A stretch of DNA of 64,000 bases from Macrostomum lignano (lineage: Eukaryota), in assembly GCA_002269645.1 (NCBI GenBank), contig NIVC01001521.1, positions 210,702 to 274,701 of the forward strand. Direction: 5' to 3'. The notes below the pieces were generated by a model. That model was not told where the DNA came from. It was given only the letters and a program-made list of their open reading frames with translations, and did not search any database. This document shows positions 8,977 through 22,100 of the stretch, one piece after another (the first letter of the stretch is position 1; every line of letters starts with the position of its first letter). A program made the translations under genes and the position numbers.

Positions 8977-11719
8977 GTAAAGTACTTGGTTGGTTTCTTG
9001 TCGCTACTTCCCAATCAGTCAGGTGAGCTGCCTACCTTGAGCTCTTCTGGGAAGTCTCCGGGTTGATCTAGTAGCGTTGGTAGTGCTGCCACCAGCTTCG
9101 CAGAGTTGCAGCCTTCGGTGAGGTGCTGAGCTCGTAGAAGCAAATGAATAAGACAAGAGAGAGAGACTCACACTTCGTGCAGATTTAGCAGTTCTCGCGC
9201 AAAGGTGCCCACCGTCAGCCGTCCCTGCCGGGCTGGTGCGGGGTGAGAGCGAAAGTGCTAGCTCCGGGCGATCTGAGCTGGCTTTTTAATTGATAGCAGG
9301 AGCAACGGAAGCAGGCACGCGCAAAGTTGGGAGTCTTGGAGTTAAACTTAAGCACAAACTTTGACAAAAACACTTAGAAGATTCGCTGGATGAGGAGAAA
9401 CGCTACGCGGAAAACGGAAAACGCAAAACGCTTGTCTGAGCCAAGCCATGAGAGGGGCTGCATTTATAGGGAGAATCGATTGTACCATAGCACGAAAGAC
9501 CCCCGCCGAGAGTCACCTCTGACTCTGATGCTAAATTTAACAACAACAAGCGGGCCCCTGCCTCAGAGGAGGCAGGGGGTCCTGGCACGCGTGATCTCCC
9601 TCATAAACACGAGCCCAGCGTACAATGATGAAATCATTGCACTTTGGACTAAAGAAGGAAAAAGGCCCACAAGTGAAGGCACTCATGACCGTGAGACCGG
9701 AAAACATAACAGCACTCCAAATTTGGAGAGGTAAACAGAGAACGAAACAGAGACAGGCCAGACCAAGCTGTCTGGGCACTGCAAAAAAAGGGAACACGAA
9801 ACAGAAGGGGACAAACGAGGACAAACAGACAGACAGGCAAACGGGCAAAGGACAGGCCAGAGGACAGGCGGGAGGGACAGACAACTGCCCAGCGGCAGAC
9901 AGAAGCCTGGGGCGAGGGCGAGGGAGACAGCTGACTAGTGCGGCGCCTAACTAAACTAGCGACTCACTACACTTATATAAGTATAAATTTCTAGCTTTCC
10001 AGTTTTTAAGCTTATAATAATACCATTTAAACAAATGTTCATGCATATAGACTTTTCACAATAAATAGTATAAACAGAAAACTAAATAATCAACTAAATT
10101 ATCAGATTACAAGGGTCTTTGATGCCATGCAAAAAGTAGTATTCCACTGTAAGGAAGATCCATATACTATAGCCGACCAGCCGTAGCCATAAGCAAATCT
10201 ATGGCTTGTTCTAATTCTATGTATTCTGTAGCCATAGGGACCCAATATTACCATATTCCCATTGTTCCTGTAGCCATAGCCAGTTTTAACAAAAAGTCTA
10301 GAAAACAAAATATTTTAAACCAAGAAGATAACCTGGTGCTTAAACAACTGTGAATTAATTTAAAAAGGAAACACTCAATTGCCTTTGTAAGATTATATTT
10401 CATCTTTTTACGGAGCAACAATACTTACTGGTAATTGCTAATCAAGTACCCTACTAATGTTGTATTTTTTCACATTAATAAAAATTAGAGTTAGCTAGTG
10501 TTTTATTGTACTTTAATTGGTATATCCTATAAGTTTCTCAATTGATAATATAGTTTACTAAAGTATCTTTGTTTTACTTATGTTACAGGCGTGTTTCCTC
10601 TTACTGAAATTATCCCACCGTTATGTCACCAATTAAAGTTGTCGTAGGGGTTACTTTTGTCCTCCAACTATCCCACTAATTGCCACCAAGCTGTGCTAGG
10701 GCTACTAACTTCCTACACTAATCTTTAAGTGTTCTTGTTAAGTTGCTGCCACCAGGATTATCCTATTAATAAATTATGAGTTTATCAATCTTAGAATAAT
10801 CCGAGAAACGTTTCTTAGAATTGATCTGAGTATATATCTTAGTTTAGTCTGAGTATTTAGTCTGAGTATTATTCTTGGAATTATTCTTGGATATTATTCT
10901 TGGAAACTATTAGCCCTTATAAGTATTATTTCTTTGTTATTCTGGTAGCGTTTATTCTGATTCCGGTAGCGTTTACTGTACTTTTGGCCTGACTGGTCTA
11001 TTGGCTATACTGGTATTATTCCATGTACTTTGCAAGTCCTTGGGCGTTACCGAGATCAGAGGGTTACAGCCTCCGGTTATTCTTACACGGATCACTTCAG
11101 ATCTACTTCGTATTCTCTTACTACTCAATACTGCTGCTTCTTAATAGTATGTACTGTATACGCTTCAGTCTATTTCACTCTTACTTCGTAAAAGGAATTA
11201 ACACAGAAAGCACTTCTTCAATTCTTATTTTCTCGGAACTCTTACTATTCGCTATCAATCACTTATTGCGGAACCGCGATGCGCGAGGTTGTCTTCTCCT
11301 CCGCTGAAATCGCTTCTATTTATAATAAAATTTGCTACAGTTTTAAACAAAAATTCGTTAGCGCAAAATAATATAGAAAATACGAGTATTAAAACAAAAT
11401 ATGTTTCTCAGTTTTTTCGCGCGAATTTGAATGACATAGTTTCGATGAATAAAACAGACTAATAGAATAAAGAATAAAGAAGAATTGCCTGCCTCACTTA
11501 CTCTACCTATTTCTAATATTTTTTCAGTTTTTTAAATTAATAACTACAGCTACAGCAATCTACAAAATGTGATAGCAATTACCATATTTCCAAGGCCCCT
11601 AGTCATAGCCATAAGAGCAGCTAGCTACCATAGGTGTATCCATAGTTGCCATAGGCACCTATTTTACCATATTTGCCATGGGATCCCATAGCTGTAGCTA
11701 TGGCTATGGCGGAAAACTA

Positions 11720-11875
11720 GCAAAAAGGTCATTTATTGTTATAATGCAAAAAGGGTCACTTTTTGTTATAATGCAAAAATGGTCATTTATTGTTATAATG
11801 CAAAAAAGGTCATTTATTGTTATAATGCAAAAAAGGTCATTTATTGTTATAATGCAAAAAAGGTCATTTATTGCT
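11720..11875. repeat. 27-bp tandem repeat, about 5.5 copies
   Basis: Unit ttgttataatgcaaaaaaggtcattta. Confidence 0.9.
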
Positions 11876-12286
11876 GTAGTTGTAGTATAGAATTCAGAGT
11901 ATGTAGGCATGCACATATTTTGGCATACATTTGTAACCCTTTAATTTTTGTTTACACATACCTAGTGCTAGTATAATCTAGACTATGACATGGCATACCT
12001 ATGCTAGAAAAAAAAATCCTATCCAAAATGTTTTATTGTGCTATGTGCCAGAACTATTCCCATAAAATAAGTTTGCTTGCACTATGTGCTAAAACTTTTG
12101 TCATAAAAAACAAAACACAATAATCTATATTTTTTAATTTGAAAAATACTTATATTTGTAAAACTTTAGCCTATATTTGAATCTGTTTTATAAAAAATAC
12201 AATGTTAATTAACATATTTTAATTAAAGAAGCCATCAATATACCTAAAAACAAAAAAGTGCTACTTTTCTATCTGTGAAGATATTG

Positions 12287-12714
12287 GGCAATCTTCTAGT
12301 TTCGCACGTTTAATTCAAACTGTTTTTAAAACGACAGTTAATGATAGTTTTGTTTTATGTTTTATGCCTTAGACGGCATAATAGTGCGCCACCCAGAAAA
12401 GGATGTTCCCAAAGGTGTTGCGCGGGTGGCAGCGATGCCAAAGAAATTCGTCCAAGTGGGTGTCAAACAGGGCCTTGGACGTGCCATGCATGGCCCTGAA
12501 ATGGGCCTTAGCGTGGGCCCATGTGCCCTCCACTGTGTTCATGTGGACTTCTGGGTGGTTAGGGTCCACAAAGTGTAGCCGGTGGTTCACCATCAAATGA
12601 TTGGGCAGTTGGTTGTATGCTTGCCACTGGTCAGTGATAATGCGAGTACCTGCTTTGCTGAAAATAATTAAAAATGCTTTAAAATAATTAAACGTGCAAA
12701 ACTAGAAGATTGCC
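12287..12714 (-). mobile_element. Merlin (IS1595/ISXO2-like) DNA transposon, deleted derivative
   Basis: About 30-bp TIRs GGCAATCTTCTAGTTTT(C)GCACGTTTAATT and a perfect 8-bp TSD AGATATTG (12279-12286 and 12715-12722). Transposase C-terminal fragment GTRIITDQWQAYNQL...VNHRLHFVDP...HMNTVEGTWAHAK...HLDEFLW. Confidence 0.92.
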
Positions 12715-12925
12715 AGATATTGTCTTGTTAAAACTTTTTGATTTTGCACCAAATTGCACCATTTTTTGTTTTAATGCCAAATTGCATAGGATTCTCCATG
12801 TAATACAAGTATGAATGAGGGTACTTAAAATGTTTTTGGACTCCAATCTTTTCAAGCAAATGGTAAAATGGTTGAGTCTAAAAAACTTTTTAGATACCCT
12901 TGTAGTTACATTAGTTAGGTTAATT

Positions 12926-13473
12926 TAGGAGTTGGCAAACTCTGGCCTGCCAGCTACATGTAGCTTGTAAAGCCTCTCTATCCGGCCCTTGGGCTCACAA
13001 CAAAAATCTAGCCCACTCAATATTAGTCTTTTCTCTACTCTTTCTTATCCCCTCTGCCCCCTCTCCACTTTCCTCTCTTCTATCCCCTCTCTTCTCCCCC
13101 TTTCTTCACTCCCCTCACTCTTCTCCTCATCTCTCCTCTCTCCCATCTATCTCCCATCTCCCTCTCCTCTCCCCTTTATCTCCCTTTCCTCTCTCCTCTC
13201 CTTTCCCCCTCTCCTTTCCCCCCTCTATCTCCCTCTCCGCTCTCCCCTCTCTTTTCTTCTCTCTCCTCTTTCCCCTCCCCTTTCTCCCCTTTCTCCCCTC
13301 TCTCCTCTCTCTCCTCTCTCTTCTCTCCCTTCTCTTGTCTCTCCCCTGTTATCTCATCTTGTTTTGTTTCTTATCTCTTCTATTACCCTCTCCTTTCTTC
13401 TCTCATCTGGCCCCATAGCTTTGAGCTGGATTCTCCATCCAGCCCTTGAGGTAAAAAAGTTTGCCGATCCCTG
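12926..13473. mobile_element. hAT-like MITE containing a CT-rich tract
   Basis: Imperfect TIRs TAGGAGTTGGCAAAC and CAGGGATCGGCAAAC. Flanks ggttaatt / ggttagct give a 6/8 TSD-like match. CT low-complexity tract at about 13030-13400. Confidence 0.65.
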
Positions 13474-13737
13474 GGTTAGCTAGATTTTAGATGTGTATGA
13501 ATCCCAATAATCTTGACCTTGCAGTATGATTCTTGGATAGCTTGACCTTAATGTCTTCAAGTAATTTTATTTGCATTGTATTGATAGAATTATTTGTTTT
13601 TTTATTCGAGGCAAGAAGTGCACCATTTTGCACTTAAATCAACATTATCAGACAACTTGCCAGATGCACAGAGTCACAGACAGACACCAGAGAAATGACT
13701 TAAAAAATAATCCCATTTTTTGCATGCAAGCGCAGCG

Positions 13738-16700
13738 ATGGCTGAAACAATATATGACACAGTTGTCAGCTATATTGAGAATTGCAAAGCCAGCCAATTA
13801 TCTGCCAATGCGTTTGTTCTCGACGTGCTCCAACGTCTCAAAGATGAATCCGCATTTGATGACGATGTTGAAACATTTGATTTGAAATTGTGCGCCAATA
13901 ATAAGCTGTCGAATACTAGAGATATTCGTCTGGTTGATGCTGATGCTGCAGTGCTGTGCCGGACTCTGCGTTCAAGCACCATTTTTGTCTGCGTGGATCT
14001 GCGTTATAATTCCATTGGAGACTCTGGTGCCGAAGCCATTGCCGATATGTTGAGTAGTAATAAAACTATTACCATGCTCAACCTGATGTGCAACAATGTT
14101 GGAGAGGCCGGCGCCAAGGCTATTGCTAAATCGTTGCACACCAACCAGACCTTGTTGGAGCTGAATTTAGCTGGCAATAAAATCAATGATGCTGGTGGGA
14201 TGCTGTTTGCCGAGGCGCTGCAGGTTAATGCTACGTTGGAGTTTCTAGATCTCGGCGATTGCGATTTGAAAATTAATGCCGTGATTGCTCTGTCAACTGT
14301 GCTCAAGTATAACGATTCGCTGCGTGGTATCAATGTTAATAGGCCGCTGCTGTGGACTCAGCAGGAGGAGACCACTGTGAGTGCCGCATTGTTGAAGGTT
14401 CGGGTAACTGGTTCAGGGTAGGGGTTTAGACTGGAGGTTCAGGTAGGGGCTCTGACAGAGGAGGTTCAGGTAGGCGTTGAGATAGAAGGTTCAGACTGAA
14501 GGATCAGGTAGGGGTTCAGATAGAAGGTTCAGATAGAAGGTTCAGATAAAAGGTTCAGATAGAAGGTTCAGGATAGGGGTTCAGGTAGGCGTTCAGATAG
14601 AAGGTTCAGATAGAAGGTTCAGATAGAAGGTTCAGGGTAGGGGTTCAGGTAGGCGTTCAGATAGAAGGTTCAGACTGAAGGATCAGGTAGGGGTTCAGAT
14701 AGAAGGTTCAGATAGAAGGTTCAGATAGAAGGTTCAGATAGAAGGTTCAGGGTAGGGGTTCAGGTAGGCGTTCAGATAGAAGGTTCAGATAGAAGGTTCA
14801 GGGTAGGGGTTCAGGTAGGCGTTCAGATAGAAGGTTCAGACTGAAGGATCAGGTAGGGGCTCAGACTGAAGGATCAGGTAGGGGCTCAGGCAGGAGGTTC
14901 AGGTAGGGGCTCAGACAGAGGACCTTTAGGTAGGGTTTCAGATAAAATATTCAGGTAGCGGGTTCAGATTCAGGTAATTGATTAGCTAGATACACTGCAG
15001 GTTCAGTAAGAGTAGTGGCAGCAACGATTAAGATGTAGTGGCACCATTAAGTATAACCATTCATCTGATTTCTAAATTTCTCTTGACAAGTGATAAGTAT
15101 TTATCTTTTTTGCAGTCCATTTGGGTATTGAAGTTAAAATTTTGTCAAATGCAATTCCAATTGCCACGAAAAAGTGCATGTAGAGGCCATACAGTCAAAT
15201 ACAATATAGAACTCGTTGACTAAGACAGATCGTTTAAAGGCGTTTCCTGTCTTGGGTACAGTCTTATAGTCTGTATAAGCATTTGTAGCAGTTTTGTCTA
15301 ACTAGTGTCAGTGCGAGTGTGTGGGTTGACTTGCTGAGTGAAATCTTCTGTGCTGTGCGCGACAGTGGGAGGTTGTGGAGGCCGCCTACGCAATGTGAAG
15401 TCAGACAAGTGCACTACTTATATGGAAGAGAAATCAATAAAATCAAATCAAATAGTCCATATGAATTCTAGTCAGTGCTCAATAAGACTTACACTGGTCA
15501 ATCTCATAAATGTACTTCTTGGCATTGTTAGCTCCTATATTTATATCGATTGGCACAGTTTTTAACTGGTCACAGTTGATCTAATGGACATTTCTGTACT
15601 GACTGACTGGGTCTAATCTCTAGCCTTCTAATCTCAGCTACTTACTTTATTTCACTAAATGCAAGTGTCTTCACAGCCACCACTGAACGTATATCACTAC
15701 TACAGCCCTGAAGCTATCATCACCACAGCCCTGAAGCTATAATCACCACAGCCCTGAAGCTATAATCACCACAGCCCTGAAGCTATCATCACCACAACCC
15801 TGAAGCTATCATCACCACAACCCTGAAGCTATCGTCACCACAGCCCTGAAGCTATCATCACCACAACCCTGAAGCTATCATCACCACAGCCCTGAAGCTA
15901 TCATCACCACAGCCCTGAAGCTATCATCACCACAGTCCTGAAGCTATCATCACCACAACCCTGAAGCTATCATCACCACAGCCCTGAAGCTATCATCACC
16001 ACAGCCCTGAAGCTATCATCACCACAGTCCTGAAGCTATCATCACCACAGTCCTGAAGCTATCATCACCACAGTCCTGAAGCTATCATCACCACAGCCCT
16101 GAAGCTATCATCACCACAACCCTGAAGCTATCATCACCACAACCCTGAAGCTATCGTCACCACAGCCCTGAAGCTATCGTCACCACAGCCCTGAAGCTAT
16201 CATCACCACAGCCCTTAAGCTATCATCACCACAGCCCTGAAGCTATCGTCACCACAGCCCTGAAGCTATCATCACCACAACCCTGAAGCTATCGTCACCA
16301 CAGCCCTGAAGCTATCGTCACCACAGCCCTGAAGCTATAATCACCACAGTCCTGAAGCTATCGTCACCACAGCCCTGAAGCTATCATCACCACAGTCCTG
16401 AAGCTATCATCACCACAGCCCTGAAGCTATCGTCACCACAGCCCTGAAGCTATCATCACCACAGTCCTGAAGCTATAATCACCACAGCCCTGAAGCTATA
16501 TCATCACCACAGTCCTGAAGCTATCATCACCACAGCCCTGAAGCTATCATCACCACAGCCCTGAAGCTATCATTACCACAGCCCTGAAGCTATAATCACC
16601 ACAGTCCTGAAGCTATCATCACCACAGCCCTGAAGCTATAATCACCAGTCCTGAAGCTATAATCACCACAGCCCTGAAGCTATAATCACCAGTCCTGAAG

Positions 16701-17949
16701 CTATAATCACCACAGCCCTGAAGCTATCGTCACCACAGCCCTGAAGCTATCATCACCACAGCCCTGAAGCTATCGTCACCACAGCCCTGAAGCTATAATC
16801 ACCAGTCCTGAAGCTATAATCACCACAGCCCTGAAGCTATAATCACCAGTCCTGAAGCTATAATCACCACAGCCCTGAAGCTATCGTCACCACAGCCCTG
16901 AAGCTATCGTCACCACAGCCCTGAAGCTATAATCACCACAGCCCTGAAGCTATAATCACCACAGCCCTGAAGCTATAATCACCACAGCCCTGAAGCTATA
17001 ATCACCACAGCCCTGAAGCTTTAATCACCACAGCCCTGAAGCTATAATCACCACAGCCCTGAAGCTATAATCACCACAGCCCTGAAGCTATCGTCACCAC
17101 AGCCCTGAACCAGCGTCACCACAGCCCTGAAGCTATCATCACCACAGCCCTGAAGCTATCATCACCACAGCCCTGAAGCTATAATCACCACAGCCCTAAA
17201 GCTATCATCACCACAGCCCTGAAGCTATAATCACCACAGCCCTGAAGCTATAATAACCACAGCCCTAACGCAACAGCTCTGAACCCATCATCACCACAGC
17301 CCTGAACCCAGTTCCCGCTCCTCACCCGCAGGTGCACATGGGCGAGATGCTGGCCCAGAACCGCAGCCTCCGCGAGCTTCATCTGGCCAAGTACGAGATG
17401 CGCGACTTTGGCGCCAACCGCATCGCCGATGGCCTTGTTGCCAACCGCGCCCTGACGGTGCTGGATCTCAGCTGCAACCGCATCACCCGGGACGGCGCCA
17501 AAGTGCTTGCCAATGTGCTGTGTCGCGACACGCCACTGCAACTGCTGGATCTGTCCTACAACCGGCTGGAATGCGACGGCGCCAAGTGCATCGCTAGCGC
17601 ACTGATTGGCGCCAACACCAATCTGCGCTGTTTGGTTATCAAATTTAACGAGATTAAAAGCGACGGCCTGGTGGCTGTGGCGGATTCGCTCAAGTACAAC
17701 ACCAGTCTGGAGCGGCTTTTCATCTGGGGCAACGACCTCACGGATGCCAGTTGTGCAGCTGCGTACGCTGAACTGCTGGGATCAAGCGGTCGCTTGCGCG
17801 AGGACGACACGGATGTGCGAGCTTACAGCGTTGACGATCGCTGGTGCCTGTCCCAGGTGAACAGGGATGTGGACTACCGGTTGTACAGGTTCACGGCACC
17901 TGTGTACGGAGATCAAGTGCCGCAGGATAGGCGGTTTCGGCTGAATTAA
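13738..17949 (+). CDS. LRRC34: Leucine-rich repeat-containing protein 34 (RI-like LRRs); exons 13738-14376 and 17332-17949
   Basis: LRRs such as VDLRYNSIGDSGAEAIA. The phase-0 join ACT|gtgagt ... ccgcag|GTG gives EETTVHMGEML. The C-terminus IWGNDLTDASC...DTDVRAYSVDDRWCLSQV follows the LRRC34 pattern. Confidence 0.9.
14410..14960. repeat. Intronic 13-bp-based minisatellite
   Basis: Unit ggttcagatagaa and variants. Confidence 0.92.
15705..17305. repeat. Intronic 23-bp tandem array, about 1.6 kb
   Basis: Unit ccctgaagctatcatcaccacag, running up to the LRRC34 exon 2 acceptor. Confidence 0.96.
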
Positions 17950-18159
17950 AACTGATTGAGCTCATCTGATGATCCATTGCGGCTGAGTACTCTTTTTTGT
18001 GATGACTTGAAGTTTTATGATTTTTTTCTTTTATATCTTTCTAAATGCGAAGTTTTTGTTGATAATTTTATTAGTAAGAATCAGTCTAGAGAGAGGCTCC
18101 TAATTGTATAACCAAACTTTTCAAATGGTCACTGTCAGTGAAATCAATAGCTAAAAATT

Positions 18160-18385
18160 GGTCTCTGACAGGAAACCCAATATCTAAACACAATGGTCTC
18201 TGACAGGAAACCCAATATCTAAACACAATGGTCTCTGACAGTGAACCCAATATCTAAACACAATGGTCTCTGACAGTGAACCCAATATCTAAACACAATG
18301 GTCTCTGACAGTGAACCCAATATCTAAACACAATGGTCTCTGACAGGAACTCAATATCTAAACAATGGTCACCGACAGGGAACCC
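18160..18385. repeat. 35-bp tandem repeat, about 6 copies
   Basis: Unit tggtctctgacaggaaacccaatatctaaacacaa. Confidence 0.92.
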
Positions 18386-19178
18386 AATGTCAGAATCTTT
18401 TAATTAGACAGATTAGAGATTAATATCTATGAATTGGAATCTCTACATAATTAAATTTTAACAATAACTACTGTGGGAACTGCCGATAAGCATGATTGCT
18501 AAAATTTGTTTAAAGCTGTGATACACTTATTATGTTTATTTATCAAATCCAATTTTGCTTTCTTATATCCTAATGTAGTTTTTCTTTTTATTTTTCTCCT
18601 ATAAGAATAAATGTTTTTATAATCTGCAGTAATTTTACAATACCGAGAAACTGCTGTTTTTATTTTTCAAAGAAACAACAACTTCAAGATCTCAAGCGAT
18701 GTTTTCGATCCGTCCTGTACTCCTGTTGCTTGTTATACTGTATTATAAAAAGCTAAAATATCTGATTTTCTGTTTAGATTTTCTCTAGACTAGCTTCTAT
18801 TGCTGAAAATAAAAACCTGTTTTTTTTTGGTTGGTTGAAAAATCATCCCTATTTTCACTTGAAGTCACCTGCTTGTTTTTAATTTAAAAAGGGCCTAATT
18901 AAGCTACAATTAGATTTTTATTATTAATTGAAATTTTGTCGGACCGGTAATTGACTTTGGTGCTTAGATTTAATTGCGCGTGCCCGGGAGTGGTTCAGCA
19001 GGGGGGTGTAATAAAAGGTCAAATGCTAATTACAGCCGCTGCGCAGATAAAATCAGACTCGTATCAATTTAGTTGATTATAAATTAATTTTCGTATGTAG
19101 CACGTTTTCACTACTAAAAGTAGTTCAAATATGATAACAAATGATAATTCATGCTATCTTCGCGAGTGTGTCTGGTTT

Positions 19179-22100
19179 ATGTCAGCCTTCGGTTCACCTG
19201 ACGGCTCCTCAGCGTAAGTCTGGAAATTCATTTAAGCTGTTTTAACTACTTATTTCAAGCCCGAAAAAGTAGTATAAAGGCAAAATAAGCTCTAATATTG
19301 ATGCAAAAACTTGTGTTTTTTTATAGATTCGAGGAGCTGTCATCGCTGAATGAGACATTTTCCTACTTAAACCCAAACGATCACAGACTTTATCACGAAG
19401 TGTGAGTTGTTTTTGATTTTCACTAGTACTATCAAGTGTTTTTACTACTGCTAATTATTAGTAGTATATTGTTTGAAGATTATTTATGTATTTAATATTA
19501 ATATTTATTTTTCCAGATCGCCCAAATCTAATTACACCTACGCTTACAGGTAAGGTTACTGCTAAGTAGTATAGTGTTGTTGTTATGCTAAAAGTGTAGT
19601 TGAATAAATAATAATAATAATGATTATGATTGCTTAATATACTACTTTCCAGCGGCAGCTATCAGACCGAGTTGCTGCACCGTAATTGGCGCAGTCCGAA
19701 TTTGAGTCGATCACCTTTGCACAGCCCACCTGGCAACACGGCTGGCTGTTTTGCTGGCTCGCCCAGTCCTTTCAACAGTGAGTCATCCGTGTTTTTGACT
19801 TTTAATTTGTTTGGATTGTGAATTGTCATTTTAAAAATCCGAAAATTTGGATTAAGTGTCTTAATCCTGATTCGGTGGTCTCTTAATACAGATTCGGTGG
19901 TCTTTTAATCCAGGTTCGGTGGCCTCTTAATCCAGATTCGGTGGTCTCTTAATCCAGGTTCGGTGGCCTCTTAATCCAAATTCAGCACCCCTTAATCCTG
20001 GTTCGGTGGCCTCTTAATCCAGATTCGGTGGTCTCTTAATCCAGGTTCGGTGGCCTCTTAATCCAGATTCAGCGCCCCTTAATCCTGGTTCGGTGGCCTC
20101 TTAATCCAGATTCGGTGGTCTCTTAATCCTGGTTCGGTGGCCTCTTAATCCAGATTCGGTTGCCTCTCAATCCACATTCGGCGTGTCTCTTAATCGAGAT
20201 TCGGCGCCCCTTAATTCAGTTTCGGCGCCCCTTAATTCAGTTTCGGCGCCCGTTTAATCCAGGTTTGGCGTATCTAACTAACGCCCTAATTCCTGATTCA
20301 CTGCACTACATATGCGAACTTGCAAAGCATTTTGAAGTATAAATTTATTCCCACTAACGCCACATTGCAGTTGCTCCAGTCAGCCCCGTTAGCATCGTTG
20401 GCTCCTCGTCGGCCTCGACTGCCAGCGGCAGCGTCGGCAGCAGCGGCATTGGCATCCGTGAGCGTCGAAGATTTTCAGCGTCAACTCTGTCGCTACACGG
20501 CAGCAGCGAGTCCGATCGTGTGCTCAGATCGCGCTGCCGGGCCGAAGGCGGCGTCCACTGCGGCCACGTCGATTGTCGGCTGCACGGCGTTGCTTCGTTG
20601 AAGTCGACATCTTCTGGTGGTCGACGATCTGTCCGATTCAAGCTGCGAACTGCCGACGGCGATACGTTGACAGCGGGAGATGCTGCTCATGAATATGATG
20701 ATGATGGCAGTGACGATGAGGATCACCAGGGAGACAGAGGCACGGTTGAGGCCACTCTGAGCAGGCAATACTATGAAGGTGCTCAGTACCAACCAGACTA
20801 CGCTTACAATTCTGGTTTGAGTAGTAGGACTACCATGTCAACTGTTAGAACAGCAACAACAACAACAACAACAAGTAGAACTATGCTGGCAAATACTAAA
20901 CAAAAGATAGTCTCCGGTTTGTTCACCGCAGTAGCTTTCTCGGCCAATTTGGCAAAAGCGACTGCTCAGTTTGCATTGGCTCCGCTGGTTTCTGCAATAT
21001 CGGCAGTTAAAGATTCAGTTACTGCTGTGTCATCTTCTAGGTCTGCGGCGGTTTCTGTCACTAGACAGCAGCATTATCGGAATGTTCAACGCAAAAGCTC
21101 GTGGTGTTTCTGTTCTAGTTCGACTCTGCTATTGCTGTTGTGTTTGCTAATATTTCTTCCGCTAGCTTTGCTAACTGTCTGGTGGTACATATTGCCACCG
21201 ATTCTTGCTGCACTGCGCAATAGCAATGGTACCACTGCGCACACTTCCACTGGAGTTCCGCTAGATGCAGTCGGCGGTCAACAAGGATGCTGCGATTCGA
21301 AAATCGTTGCCAACATGGAGCTGCGCTGGAATCAAGAGCTGACAGAGATGCGTAGCATGTTGAACCTGCTGGCCCAACAGAGGGAGAATGATGAGGCGCA
21401 GAGGAAGCTGCTGTTGCAGCGATTAGCTCAACAGACTAATAGCCAAGTTGTGGTCGGTTTGGATTCTACAGACGAGAATAATTCCACAGAAATTGAGCGT
21501 CAAATTGCTGTTTTACGTCAAGCAGATGCGGATCAGCTGCAGTTCACCTCGTCAATGTCGGATAGGATTAGTAAATTGGAGCAGGCGCATTTGAGTTTGG
21601 CAGGCAAGCTTCGACAACAGATTTTGAGTGAGCTGTCAGGGCGTATGGACACTGTGACGCAACGGGTTAGAAACGAAGAAGAGCGTAGTCAGCAGAAGTG
21701 GAACGAGCATGAGCAACAGTTAACGTCGTTAAAAAAACATGCAGATGAGCAAGCTAAGCATATCGCAGCTGCTGTCAATCAGTTAGACACCGTTGAAAAA
21801 GCGGAGAAGTCGCTATCTAAGTCGGTGTCAGAGCAACAGCGTGCTCAGCAAGATGCTGAAAAAGAGCATTTAAAACTGGCCGCCGATGTTAGAGAGCAGT
21901 TGGGCGAGTATGAAAACCGGCTATCATTGTTGCAGAAGACACTATTGGAGCAGAAGTCGCTTGTCACTGATACTAATAATCGCTTGGTATTAATTGAAGG
22001 CTCAACATCTGAGTCTGCCATTGCTGAGAAGCAGCAGCAGCAGACCTTATTAGACTTGCAGCGTGACATAGGTGAGCATAAAAGCATGATACTGCTTTTG

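Larger units (their letters stand above)
6255..9971 (-). mobile_element. Ty3/Gypsy LTR retrotransposon, internally deleted and 3'-truncated
   Basis: Putative 5' LTR at about 8977-9971 (starts TGTAGTGAG on minus) and a tRNA-Leu PBS at 8960-8976. Contains a gag-like ORF, RT thumb/connection (LRQFLGLANYY), RNase H (FVLDTDAS...IAFFSRKL...KELLAIV; RWIERLSEF...NADALSR) and a pre-integrase AQ motif near 6350. No integrase core or 3' LTR. Confidence 0.85.
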
